64,000 bases of DNA from Bradyrhizobium sp. (GTDB lineage: Bacteria > Pseudomonadota > Alphaproteobacteria > Rhizobiales > Xanthobacteraceae): positions 14,338 through 78,337 of the forward strand of contig NZ_JACRAW010000135.1 of NCBI RefSeq assembly GCF_016213215.1. Reading direction: 5' to 3'. Numbering within the stretch: the stretch's first letter is position 1; each line of letters opens with the position of its first letter. This document shows, piece after piece, positions 47,449 to 56,426 of the stretch. Below the pieces are notes generated by a model that was not told the origin of the DNA, made no database searches, and was given only the letters and a program-made list of their open reading frames with translations. Made by a program: the position numbers and the translations under genes.

Positions 47449-48321
47449 TCAGGGCCTGTTCCGGGCGGGGTCGGTGATCAGATTGGTGATCAGATTCATG
47501 GCTTGGGCTTGCTGGGTTCCGAGCCAGCGTATCTCGGAGGTCTGGGACATCGCTTCCACCACCGAGGAGGAAACCCCCATCCTGGTCAGATAGCCCAGAA
47601 GCATGCCGGCGACCCGCTGAGTATTGGCGACAGGGTCGCTAACCGGGGTCCTGTTGGTAAATCGATGAATTCCCAGCGCCGATCCCTCAACGCCATAGCG
47701 GGTCTGGCCGCCGGCAAACACCAAGACGCACGCGCTCGCGCAATATGACGGCCGGATGCGGCCCGAGTCGTCGGCAACACCGACAGCCGTGAACAGCCCG
47801 CGCGAGCGGATCGTTTCGCCCATGATCAGCGCCTGATCCACATTGCCTCCGGGGGAAGACAACAGGACGATGTCGCCAGGCGAGAGATGGGCTTCGTTCA
47901 GCCGGTCGTGAAACCAGCTCGCGGCCGCAGGCCCGATGTGCCCGCTCACCGCCAGCGCCCGGCCGCCGCCAAGATCTGCCTTGACGATCACGGACGAACT
48001 CAGACTTGGCGAAAAGTACTGGTCCTTCCAGTAGTCCCAGGCCTCAGGCCGCGAGATATCCCGATAGGCACGGATCCCCACGCCCGAAACCAGGAGCAGA
48101 AATATGAGGATCGACCCCAAGAACCGCCTTCGAGTCGCAGGATGGAGCGGCACCGCAGGCTGCGGCTGCCTGGCGAATTCGCCGGGAGGGGCGACCCGGG
48201 GACCGGTTGGGGAGCTTCGGAACGAGCTTTCCTCCTGCCGGCGATCATCAGCGGACAATGGACCCTCCTGGCGGGCCGTGGCGTCAATCCGCTGATCTAT
48301 ACGCCTGTACGGCGTGGACAC
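47449..48321 (-). CDS. Membrane-anchored hypothetical protein with ClpP/SppA-like fold signature and 'CASAC' motif
   Basis: TM 'FLGSILIFLLLVSGVGI'. 'VLLSSPGGNVDQALIMGETIR...YCASACVLVFAGG...ALGIHRF' resembles the ClpP/S49 architecture. GTG start. Confidence 0.55.
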   Translation of the reverse strand: MSTPYRRIDQRIDATARQEGPLSADDRRQEESSFRSSPTGPRVAPPGEFARQPQPAVPLHPATRRRFLGSILIFLLLVSGVGIRAYRDISRPEAWDYWKDQYFSPSLSSSVIVKADLGGGRALAVSGHIGPAAASWFHDRLNEAHLSPGDIVLLSSPGGNVDQALIMGETIRSRGLFTAVGVADDSGRIRPSYCASACVLVFAGGQTRYGVEGSALGIHRFTNRTPVSDPVANTQRVAGMLLGYLTRMGVSSSVVEAMSQTSEIRWLGTQQAQAMNLITNLITDPARNRP

Positions 48322-48374
48322 CGAGGTACACGACCACCCCTCGCGAAGGTGGCATCAAGCACCGGCCGCCTGTC

Positions 48375-51300
48375 CTAATGCGCGGCGGCGGTGCGCTTGG
48401 TCGCAACCGGCTTTGGCGCAGGCTTGGAGCTGCCGGCCTGGGCCGGCGCGTTGTCCCATCCGCCCGCCGGCGCCGCAACGTTGACGGCATCGTCCGGCTG
48501 GGGTTCTGCCGTAAAGGTCTGGATCGCGAGCCTGGCTGCCGCCAGCGACTGGGCGTCGAGCCGCTTGGCGACATCGTCGCGCTTGGTCGCCGCGTCCGCG
48601 TCGCCCTGCGCCGCCGCAAGGCTGAACCATTTGTAGGACTCGGCCAGATTCTGCTCGACCCCGATGCCCCGCGCATAAAGGATGCCGAGATTGAACTGGC
48701 TATCGGCAACGCCGCGGTCGGCCGCCTTGCGGAACCATTGTGCGGCACTCTTGTAGTTGGCGCCCTTGCCGCCGCCGTCGGCATCCAGCACCGCCAGATT
48801 GTGCATCGCCTTGGCACTGCCGCGCTCGGCGGCCTGCAGATAGAAGCGGCGGGCGATCTCGGGATCCTTCTTTACGCCGAGGCCCTTTTCATACAGCGTC
48901 CCCAGCCTGAAGACGGCCGGCACCACGCCGGCCTGGGCGGCGCGGTCGTACCATTTGGCGGCCTCGTCATAATTGGCGGGCACGCCCTTGCCTTCGGCAA
49001 AACGAAGGGCGACCTCGTAGGCTGCGGTCGCATCACCCTTCATGGCGGCGCCGCGCAGCACCGGACCGCCGATCGCTTCCGGCAATCTTTCGGTCGGCGG
49101 CACCTGCACCACGCCGAGCCTGCGCCCCGGCACAGGCGGCAGCGTCGTCGGGATCGTTCCCGTGATGTCGCCGTTGCGCGCAGCATTGGCGGCGGGAGCG
49201 GCGGGCGGGATCTCGACCGAAGCGGCGCCGTCCGCGGCGTTCGGAGCGGGATAGTGCAGGGACTGTTTGCCGAGCGGGGTCGGCGACGTCATCGAAGGTG
49301 TGAGCTGCTCGGGCGCTGCGGGCTTGGGCGCGGTTTCCGCGGGTGCTTCGGCGTGCGGCGCCGCCGGGGGCGAGCTTTCCACCGACTGCGGTGGCGGCGC
49401 ACTGCCGCCGTCGAGCAGGTTCATCGCCATTTTGAATGTGCCGAGCACGATCACGACCACGCTGGCGCCGACCAGCAGCCCCCGGATCTTGGACGTGATC
49501 GTGGAGGCTTCCTTGTTCCTGTCCTTGGCCTTGTCCCCCGTTGCGCCCTTGGCGGAGCCGCGGCCGGGTTTCTCGGGCTGCTGTGCGGCGGCGGCCTGCG
49601 CCGCGCGGCGAGCAGCGGCGATAAAGTTCGACGTCGACATGGGCTCGCGCGGCGCCGCGGGGATTTCGCTGATCGCGTTTTCGGAAGCCGCAATGCGGTC
49701 GGAGGGCGAGGTCATACGCCCGCTCGGGCGCGTGCCGGGCTCGAGCGGGAAGTCCGGCGGCAGCTCCGACGGTCCCGCAGCTCGTGGCGCGGTGTGCGGC
49801 TCGAGAATTTCGCTGATGGCCCGCGGCGGAACGGGCGGGACCGGCGGCGGGGTAGGTGACGTCGCAGACCCGGCCTGGAAGTCGCGCGGAGCGGCGGTGA
49901 AGACGCCCTGGCCGGCTGCAGGATTGGGCAACTCGGGTTTGGCTTGCGGCGGCATCGCCGCACGCGCGCCAGGTGAAGGCTCGGCGGGCGAGAGTGGCGC
50001 CGCGGCCGGCTGGGGCAAAGGCGTGGTGCGGACCGCGCGCAGATCGCCCTCGATCACGGCCAGCCGGTCGACCACGTGGCCGAGCGTGCTGTTCACTGTT
50101 TCCAGGGAGTCCTGCGTGTGACGGTTGGTCTCCGTCTGGCTGAACCGGATGTCGGACAGCTCGCGCTTGACCATGTCGACGAATTCGGAATCGACCGGCT
50201 CGACGGAACGCCGGCTCTCGGCCAGTGCCGCATAGGTCGCCTGCTGCTTTTCCAGATGCCGCAGGACATCGTGCAGCCCGTCTTCGATGCGGTTCAGGTT
50301 GACTCCACCATGATCGCCGGTCGATGCCTCGAGGCGCTCCAGGAGGTAGGACACGCGCTGTTCGAGGTGGGCGAAGGTCGATGCGCTGTCGTTGCCGACC
50401 TCCATGCGGTCGAGACGCTCGGACAGGCCGCGCAGCGCGCTTTCCAGGTGCTCGGTGTTCGCGTTGACGACCGGTCGCTCGCGGCTTTCCAGCGTTGCCG
50501 TCAGCGCGGCGATGCGCTGCTCGAGAATGGCGAAATTGTCGGTGTTGGCACTGGCGCGCGTGATCTGGTCGACCTTGGAGGACAACAGGTGCACGTCTTC
50601 CGACAGGCGCGCCAATGCGTCGTTGGAAGCGACATTGGAGACGATGGCCCGCAGGGCGGCGATCGCCCCTTCGAGCTGCTGGACCGTGCCGGGATCGTTG
50701 CTGGTGCGCAGGATCAGGTCGAGCTTGGCGCCTAGATTGCGGATCGCCTCGTCATAGCCGGCGAGCTGCTCGGCCGGCGTGAGCGAGCGCAGGACCTCGC
50801 GGATTTCGGCCAGCGCGCGTTCGATGCCGGCGAGAGCCTGGCCGTCGATGCCGCTGTTGCGGTTTTCGTCGATGCGTCGATGGAGCGAACGGATCTCGTT
50901 CTCGATCGATTCGATTGCCCGGCGCGGCATCGCCTCGGTGATGGCGTGGCGGATTTCCGCAAGCTCGCTGCGGAACGCGGCGATCGACTGTTCGATATGA
51001 TCCGGCCGCTGCAGCGCCTCGATCTGGCTCGTGATCTTGAGCAGGTGGCGCTCGAGCGAGGAGAAGTCGGGACCTGGCGCCGGCGCGGGTTGAGCGGCGG
51101 GTGCCATCGGCGGGGCGCCGCGTGGCGACACCTGCCGCGGCGCGAAGCCGTCGAGCTCGTTCTGGCGGGCGGTGATCTCCGCCACGGCGACATCAAGCGA
51201 GGCGGGGCTCAAGGGCGGCGAGTGGCGATAAACCTGGGCTGCCGCGCGCTCGATGTCGTCCACCTGGCGCGCGCGCTCGTAAGCCTGGTTCGGCTGGGTC

Positions 51301-51689
51301 TGGTTCTGCCGCGGGGCCTGCGGGTTGGTGATCTGCGACAGGCGGGCATCGAGGCGCGAGATCGCGTCGTTGAGCTGGCGGGCGACGCCCTGTTCGCGCG
51401 ACATCTCGTTGCGCGGCTGCGGGCGCGAGATCTGTTCGATCTGCCGTGTGATCGAATCCAGGCGCTGGTGGATGTCGGCGACATCGCGGCTCGCCTGGCC
51501 GACTTGCTGGTTCACTTGCTGGCTGACCTGGCGCTGCTCGGAGGACGCGCGGAAATTCGGCGGCGTGGCCTCGCCGACGGTGGAGTTCAGCCAATCGTTG
51601 AGCGACATTCCGGCGCGGCGGGCGGCGGCTTCGGCCCTCTCGCGTACGGATGGATCGATGCCGTCAGTACTCCACGCGCGCGAATTCAT
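48375..51689 (-). CDS. PodJ-like polar localisation factor (coiled-coil, TM, Pro/Ala-rich linker, Sel1 repeats)
   Basis: Start at ATG 51689. N-terminus 'WSTDGIDPSVRERAEAAARRAGMSLNDWLNS' matches my memory of the PodJ N-terminal motif. Long coiled-coil region, TM 'GLLVGASVVVIVLGTF', C-terminal Sel1 repeats ('AAKWYDRAAQAG', 'AAQWFRKAADRG', 'SYKWFSLAAAQG'). Confidence 0.65.
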   Translation of the reverse strand: MNSRAWSTDGIDPSVRERAEAAARRAGMSLNDWLNSTVGEATPPNFRASSEQRQVSQQVNQQVGQASRDVADIHQRLDSITRQIEQISRPQPRNEMSREQGVARQLNDAISRLDARLSQITNPQAPRQNQTQPNQAYERARQVDDIERAAAQVYRHSPPLSPASLDVAVAEITARQNELDGFAPRQVSPRGAPPMAPAAQPAPAPGPDFSSLERHLLKITSQIEALQRPDHIEQSIAAFRSELAEIRHAITEAMPRRAIESIENEIRSLHRRIDENRNSGIDGQALAGIERALAEIREVLRSLTPAEQLAGYDEAIRNLGAKLDLILRTSNDPGTVQQLEGAIAALRAIVSNVASNDALARLSEDVHLLSSKVDQITRASANTDNFAILEQRIAALTATLESRERPVVNANTEHLESALRGLSERLDRMEVGNDSASTFAHLEQRVSYLLERLEASTGDHGGVNLNRIEDGLHDVLRHLEKQQATYAALAESRRSVEPVDSEFVDMVKRELSDIRFSQTETNRHTQDSLETVNSTLGHVVDRLAVIEGDLRAVRTTPLPQPAAAPLSPAEPSPGARAAMPPQAKPELPNPAAGQGVFTAAPRDFQAGSATSPTPPPVPPVPPRAISEILEPHTAPRAAGPSELPPDFPLEPGTRPSGRMTSPSDRIAASENAISEIPAAPREPMSTSNFIAAARRAAQAAAAQQPEKPGRGSAKGATGDKAKDRNKEASTITSKIRGLLVGASVVVIVLGTFKMAMNLLDGGSAPPPQSVESSPPAAPHAEAPAETAPKPAAPEQLTPSMTSPTPLGKQSLHYPAPNAADGAASVEIPPAAPAANAARNGDITGTIPTTLPPVPGRRLGVVQVPPTERLPEAIGGPVLRGAAMKGDATAAYEVALRFAEGKGVPANYDEAAKWYDRAAQAGVVPAVFRLGTLYEKGLGVKKDPEIARRFYLQAAERGSAKAMHNLAVLDADGGGKGANYKSAAQWFRKAADRGVADSQFNLGILYARGIGVEQNLAESYKWFSLAAAQGDADAATKRDDVAKRLDAQSLAAARLAIQTFTAEPQPDDAVNVAAPAGGWDNAPAQAGSSKPAPKPVATKRTAAAH

Positions 51690-51885
51690 GACCCAGCTCG
51701 GTTCCGACTCCGGCGCCCCAGCCGGCGCCTTCAGCCTCCCCGCGCGTCCCAAACAGGAGACAATCCAATTCGGCGCGGGTCGTCTGCCACTGAAGCCGAC
51801 TTTTTCCGGTTACGGTAAATAACGGGTTAAGGAAGGGCAGGCCCCGCGCATAAAGTTGATGATGCAGTGAAATTGGCCCGTTCTC

Positions 51886-51908
51886 CCTCGCGCGCTTGCG
51901 GGGCGAGG
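51886..51908. repeat. REP family C hairpin, second copy of the 34233-type element
   Basis: TTCTCCCTCGCGCGCTTGCGGGGCGAGGTGA compared with TTCTCCCTCGCCCCGCTTGCGGGGCGAGGTGA at about 34229. Confidence 0.45.
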
Positions 51909-51959
51909 TGACCGCGTACATGGCACGCGAACCAGAACCAGCCGGTCAGGACCGAGCGC

Positions 51960-52547
51960 TCATCTCTCGCCCTTGCGATCGCGCTCGTTGAGCGGCACGA
52001 CGCCGGCACGGTTGGTGATGGCGGACAAGGCGTCGATCGCCTCTTCGCACCACTCCACCACCATGCGCTCGTGACGAAGACCGAGGCGAAGCGTGAGCAG
52101 TTTTCCGAGATCGGCAGGCGAGGCGGTATTGTCCGGGAATCGCTTCTTCAGGATGCGCTCGTAGCGCTCGTAGCGGTCGCGATGGTGCTCCAATCGCGCC
52201 ATCAGGTCGGTGCGCAGCGGCTCGATGTCGATGCTGTCGAGTGCATAGAACCGCACCAACAGATCGTCCTTGATCGGGGCCGGATTGCTGGGCCGGGCCG
52301 CCCAGTGCCTCAGCGCCGACCTGCCCTCCGCCGTCAGCGTGTAGACCAGCTTGTTGGGTTTGCCCGACTGCACCACCTCGCGGCCCTGGATGTAGCCGCG
52401 CTCGCGCAGCCGCGACAGCTCGCGATAGATCTGCTGATGGTCGGCCTTCCAGAAGAAGCCCATGGACGAGTCGAACGTCTTGGCGAGCTCATAGCCCGTC
52501 ATCGGACGTTCCGTCAGGCATGCGAGGATCGCGTCACCGAGCGCCAT
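51960..52547 (-). CDS. PadR family transcriptional regulator
   Basis: 'ILACLTERPMTGYELAKTF...QIYRELSRLRERGYI' winged-helix typical of PadR. Confidence 0.85.
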   Translation of the reverse strand: MALGDAILACLTERPMTGYELAKTFDSSMGFFWKADHQQIYRELSRLRERGYIQGREVVQSGKPNKLVYTLTAEGRSALRHWAARPSNPAPIKDDLLVRFYALDSIDIEPLRTDLMARLEHHRDRYERYERILKKRFPDNTASPADLGKLLTLRLGLRHERMVVEWCEEAIDALSAITNRAGVVPLNERDRKGER

Positions 52548-52598
52548 GGCGTATTATCCATCTCCACTCGCCAGGGAGGTTGACTTTATGCATATCGG

Positions 52599-52622
52599 CG
52601 CATATGCGTCAATGCGCATATG
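52599..52622. promoter_or_regulatory. Candidate PadR operator (palindromes built on GCATATGC)
   Basis: CGCATATGCG (52599-52608) is a perfect 10-bp palindrome. CATATGCG-N6-CGCATATG spans 52601-52622. A third GCATAT lies at 52590. All sit in the 134-bp padR/NTF2 divergent region. Confidence 0.35.
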
Positions 52623-52681
52623 AGCGCTGGACCGGGCCGCCAAGACAGGCTCCGCGCGCTGGCGACGAGAGGAGGCGTCCC

Positions 52682-53083
52682 TTGACCAAGACTGGTCTCG
52701 ACAGGTGGTACGGCTACATGAAATCCCACGACCGCGCCGCGCTGTGGGATCTCCTCCACCCTGACGCCGTGTTCGAAAGTCCGGTCGTGCACACGCCGCA
52801 ACGCGGCCGCGACATTACCTTCAAATACCTGACGAGCGCCGAGAAGGTGCTGGGCGGGCCCGGCTTCACCTATGTCGGCGAATGGCGCAGCGACAAGGGC
52901 GCGGTGCTGGAATTCGAGAACGAGATAGACGGGGTCAGGCTCAACGGCGTCGACATCATCACCTTCGACGACGATGGCCGGATCACCCATTTCAAGGTGA
53001 TGGTGCGCCCGCTGAAGGCGATCAATTTGCTGCATCGGTTGATGGGCGAGCAACTTGCCAAGCCTCAACTCACGAAGCCTTGA
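52682..53083 (+). CDS. NTF2/SnoaL-like fold protein
   Basis: Start at TTG 52682 (GGAGG upstream). About 133 aa. 'LHPDAVFESPVVHTPQRG...VDIITFDDDGRITHFKVMVRP' is typical of SnoaL-like proteins. Confidence 0.6.
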   Translation: MTKTGLDRWYGYMKSHDRAALWDLLHPDAVFESPVVHTPQRGRDITFKYLTSAEKVLGGPGFTYVGEWRSDKGAVLEFENEIDGVRLNGVDIITFDDDGRITHFKVMVRPLKAINLLHRLMGEQLAKPQLTKP

Positions 53084-53221
53084 AGCGAACGCCAGCCGCG
53101 ACACTGCGGCGTTGCTGCGATCATAGCTGCCGGACGGCCGAACGGCTAAGGTCAACTGAACGATTGCCGCTCCGCCGATCTTCCCTTAAACGCCACCCAA
53201 GCCGCATGCCGGGAGAACGCC

Positions 53222-55012
53222 ATGCCGATCTATAAAGCCCCCGTGGAAGACGTGAGCTTCCTGCTCAACGACGTGTTCCAGATCGACCGTTACGATAATC
53301 TTCCCGGTTTTTCCGACGCTTCGAGCGACGTGCGCGAAGCGATCCTGGGCGAAGCGGCCAAGCTCTCCGAGGAGGTGCTGCAGCCCCTGAACCGCGTCGG
53401 CGATCTCGAGGGCTGCAAGCGCAATGACGACGCCAGCGTGACCACGCCCAAGGGATTCAAGGAAGCCTTCAAGCAGGTGGTCGAAGGCGGCTGGCTCGGC
53501 CTGTCGGCCCCGACCGAATATGGCGGACAAGGCCTGCCGGTCACGCTGAGCCAGGCCGTCAACGAATTCCAGTGCTCGGCCAACATGGCCTTCTCGATGT
53601 ATGGCGGCCTGACCATGGGAGCGACCGCCGCCCTGCTCGTGCACGGCTCGCCCGAACTGAAGAAGACCTATGTGCCCAAGATGGTGTCGGGCGAGTGGAC
53701 CGGCACCATGAACCTGACCGAGCCGCACTGCGGCACCGATCTCGGCCTGCTGCGCACCAAGGCCGTCCCGCAGGCGGACGGCAGCTACAAGATATCAGGC
53801 ACCAAGATCTTCATCTCCGCTGGCGAGCATGACCTCGCGGACAACATCATCCATCTCGTGCTCGCTCGGATCGAAGGAGCGCCGGCCGGCATCAAGGGTA
53901 TCTCGCTGTTCGTGGTGCCGAAGTTTCTGGTCAATGCCGATGGCTCGCCGGGCGCGCGCAACGGCGTCGCCTGCGGATCGATCGAGCACAAGATGGGCAT
54001 CCACGGCAATTCCACCTGCGTGATGAACTACGACAATGCCACCGGCTGGCTGATCGGCCAGGAAAACAAGGGCATGCAGGCCATGTTCGTGATGATGAAC
54101 GAGGCCCGGCTCGGCGTTGCCGTCCAGGGTCTCGCGCAGTCCGAGGTGGCCTATCAGAACGCCGTGGCCTATGCGCGCGAGCGCCTGCAGGGCCGTTCGT
54201 TGACCGGGGCGAAGGCGCCGGACAAGGCCGCCGATCCCATCATCGTCCATCCCGACGTGCGCCGTACCCTGCTCACCATCCGCGCCTTCAATGAGGCGGC
54301 GCGCGCGCTCGTGGTCTGGACCGCGCTCAAGAGCGACGTCGCCCATCGCTCGAGCGATCCCAAGGACCGCCAGGAGGCCGACGATCACATGGGCTTGATG
54401 ACGCCGGTGCTGAAGGGGCTTCTGACCGAGGTCGGCTTTGCCAACGCCGTGCAGGCGCAGCAGATGTATGGCGGGCACGGCTATATCGCCGAGCACGGCA
54501 TGGAGCAGTTCGTGCGCGATGCCCGCATCGCCATGATCTACGAGGGAGCCAACGGCATCCAGGCGCTCGACCTCGTCGGCCGCAAGCTGCCGCGTGACGG
54601 CGGCCGCGCGGTGATGGCGTTCTTCGGCGAAGTCATGGGCTTTGCCAAGGAGAATGGCGGCGATCAAGCCATGAAGCCTTATGTGGCGCCGCTCTCGACC
54701 GCACTCGGTCACCTGCAGCAGGCCACCACCTGGCTGATGCAGAACGCGATGATGAAGCCGGACAACGCCGGCGCCGCCGCGACCGATTACATGCATCTGT
54801 TCGGCTCGGTCGCGCTCGGCTACATGTGGGCGCGCATGGCCAAGGTGACGCTGGGCAAGATTGCCGCCGGCGGCAGCACCCCCTATTTGTCGACCAAGCT
54901 CGTGACCGGCCGCTTCTTCATGGAACGCATGCTGCCGGAGACCGCGCTGCACCTTTCGCGTATCCAGACCGGTTGCGCCACCACCATGGAACTGCCGGCG
55001 GAGGCCTTCTGA
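53222..55012 (+). CDS. Long-type acyl-CoA dehydrogenase
   Basis: 596 aa. '[15 protein letters not shown]', '[10 protein letters not shown]', '[20 protein letters not shown]' ACAD motifs. Confidence 0.9.
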   Translation: MPIYKAPVEDVSFLLNDVFQIDRYDNLPGFSDASSDVREAILGEAAKLSEEVLQPLNRVGDLEGCKRNDDASVTTPKGFKEAFKQVVEGGWLGLSAPTEYGGQGLPVTLSQAVNEFQCSANMAFSMYGGLTMGATAALLVHGSPELKKTYVPKMVSGEWTGTMNLTEPHCGTDLGLLRTKAVPQADGSYKISGTKIFISAGEHDLADNIIHLVLARIEGAPAGIKGISLFVVPKFLVNADGSPGARNGVACGSIEHKMGIHGNSTCVMNYDNATGWLIGQENKGMQAMFVMMNEARLGVAVQGLAQSEVAYQNAVAYARERLQGRSLTGAKAPDKAADPIIVHPDVRRTLLTIRAFNEAARALVVWTALKSDVAHRSSDPKDRQEADDHMGLMTPVLKGLLTEVGFANAVQAQQMYGGHGYIAEHGMEQFVRDARIAMIYEGANGIQALDLVGRKLPRDGGRAVMAFFGEVMGFAKENGGDQAMKPYVAPLSTALGHLQQATTWLMQNAMMKPDNAGAAATDYMHLFGSVALGYMWARMAKVTLGKIAAGGSTPYLSTKLVTGRFFMERMLPETALHLSRIQTGCATTMELPAEAF

Positions 55013-55076
55013 GGGCCTTTTCCGCCGCCTAGCTCGATCCGCTATCAGATTACGATCGTCATACGAGGAGGGCATC

Positions 55077-56285
55077 ATGCCTGAGGCATATATCTACGAT
55101 CACGTTCGCACCCCGCGCGGCCGTGGCAAGTCCGACGGCTCACTGCACGAGGTCACGGCGCTTGCGCTCGCCTCGGTGCCTCTCAAGGCGCTGAAGGAGC
55201 GCAACAACCTGCCCGAGGGCTCGGTGGACGACGTCATCCTCGGCGTGGTCGATCCGGTCGGCGAAGCCGGCTCCGACATCGCGCGTTTCGCGGCGCTGAA
55301 GGCCGGGCTCGGCCAGTCGGTGCCGGGGGTGCAGATCAGCCGGTTCTGTGCCTCAGGGCTCGATGCGGTGAACTTCGCCGCGGCCCAGATCATGAGCGGC
55401 CAGCACGAACTCGTGATCGGCGGCGGTGCCGAGTCCATGAGCCGTATCGGGCTGGGCGCCTCCGGCGGTGCCTGGCCGATGGACCCCTCGATGGCGGTTC
55501 CGGCCTATTTCATGCCGCAGGGTGTTTCCGCCGACCTGATCGCGACCAAATACGGCTTCTCCCGCGACGACGTCGACGCCTACGCGGTGCAGAGCCAGCA
55601 GCGCGCGGCCAAGGCCTGGGACGAGGGTCGCTTCGACAAGTCGGTGGTGCCGGTGAAGGACGTCAACGGCCTCACCATCCTCGCCAAGGACGAGCACATG
55701 CGCCCCTCGACGACCATGCAGACGCTCGCGCAATTGCAGCCGTCCTTCGTCACCATGGCGGCCATGGGCGGCTTTGACGCGGTGGCGATGCAGTCGCATC
55801 CGGAAGTCGAGCGCATCAACTACGTGCACCACGCCGGCAATTCGTCCGGCATCGTCGACGGCGCCGGCGCCGTCCTGCTCGGCAGCAAGGAGGCCGGCCA
55901 GAAACACGGGCTGAAGGCGCGCGCGAAAATCCGAGCCTTTGCCAACATCGGCTCGGAGCCGGCCATCATGCTCACCGGTCCGGTCGACGTGACCAACAAG
56001 CTGTTCGAGCGCTCGGGCATGAAGAAGTCGGATATCGACCTGTTCGAACTGAACGAGGCCTTTGCCTCGGTCGTGCTGCGCTACATGCAGGCGTTCGAGA
56101 TCGACAGCTCGAAGATCAACGTCAACGGCGGCGCCATTGCGCTCGGCCATCCCCTGGGCGCGACAGGTGCCATGATTTTGGGCACGGTGCTGGACGAATT
56201 GGAGCGGACCAACAAGTCGACCGCGCTGGTGACGCTGTGCATCGGCGGCGGAATGGGCACCGCGACGATCATCGAGCGGGTTTAA
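55077..56285 (+). CDS. Acetyl-CoA C-acyltransferase (thiolase)
   Basis: Active-site regions '[10 protein letters not shown]', '[17 protein letters not shown]', 'CIGGGMG'. Confidence 0.9.
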   Translation: MPEAYIYDHVRTPRGRGKSDGSLHEVTALALASVPLKALKERNNLPEGSVDDVILGVVDPVGEAGSDIARFAALKAGLGQSVPGVQISRFCASGLDAVNFAAAQIMSGQHELVIGGGAESMSRIGLGASGGAWPMDPSMAVPAYFMPQGVSADLIATKYGFSRDDVDAYAVQSQQRAAKAWDEGRFDKSVVPVKDVNGLTILAKDEHMRPSTTMQTLAQLQPSFVTMAAMGGFDAVAMQSHPEVERINYVHHAGNSSGIVDGAGAVLLGSKEAGQKHGLKARAKIRAFANIGSEPAIMLTGPVDVTNKLFERSGMKKSDIDLFELNEAFASVVLRYMQAFEIDSSKINVNGGAIALGHPLGATGAMILGTVLDELERTNKSTALVTLCIGGGMGTATIIERV

Positions 56286-56290
56286 TCGCC

Positions 56291-56370
56291 GTAGGGTGGG
56301 TTAGCCGAAGGCGTAACCCACCGTGCCACGGCAAAGAAGTGGTGGGTTACGCTTCGCTAACCCACCCTAC
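56291..56370. repeat. REP family D inverted pair (GTAGGGTGGGTTAGCCGAAGGCGTAACCCACC / GGTGGGTTACGCTTCGCTAACCCACCCTAC)
   Basis: Each unit is self-complementary (GGTGGGTTA...TAACCCACC), and the two units are inverted copies differing by two 1-nt indels. Lies between the thiolase gene and the next fad gene. Confidence 0.75.
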
Positions 56371-56426
56371 AAGATCACAGTCAACCGCCGCGCCGACCAT
56401 GGCTGCCGGCACTGAGGGAGCACCAC

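Noticed and set aside
48207-49859. 550-aa plus-strand ORF opposite the PodJ-like gene (also 49267-50121, 50880-51818)
   Set aside because: Gly/Arg-rich antisense translations of a Pro/Ala-rich coding region. The minus-strand frame has coherent architecture (coiled coil, TM, Sel1 repeats).
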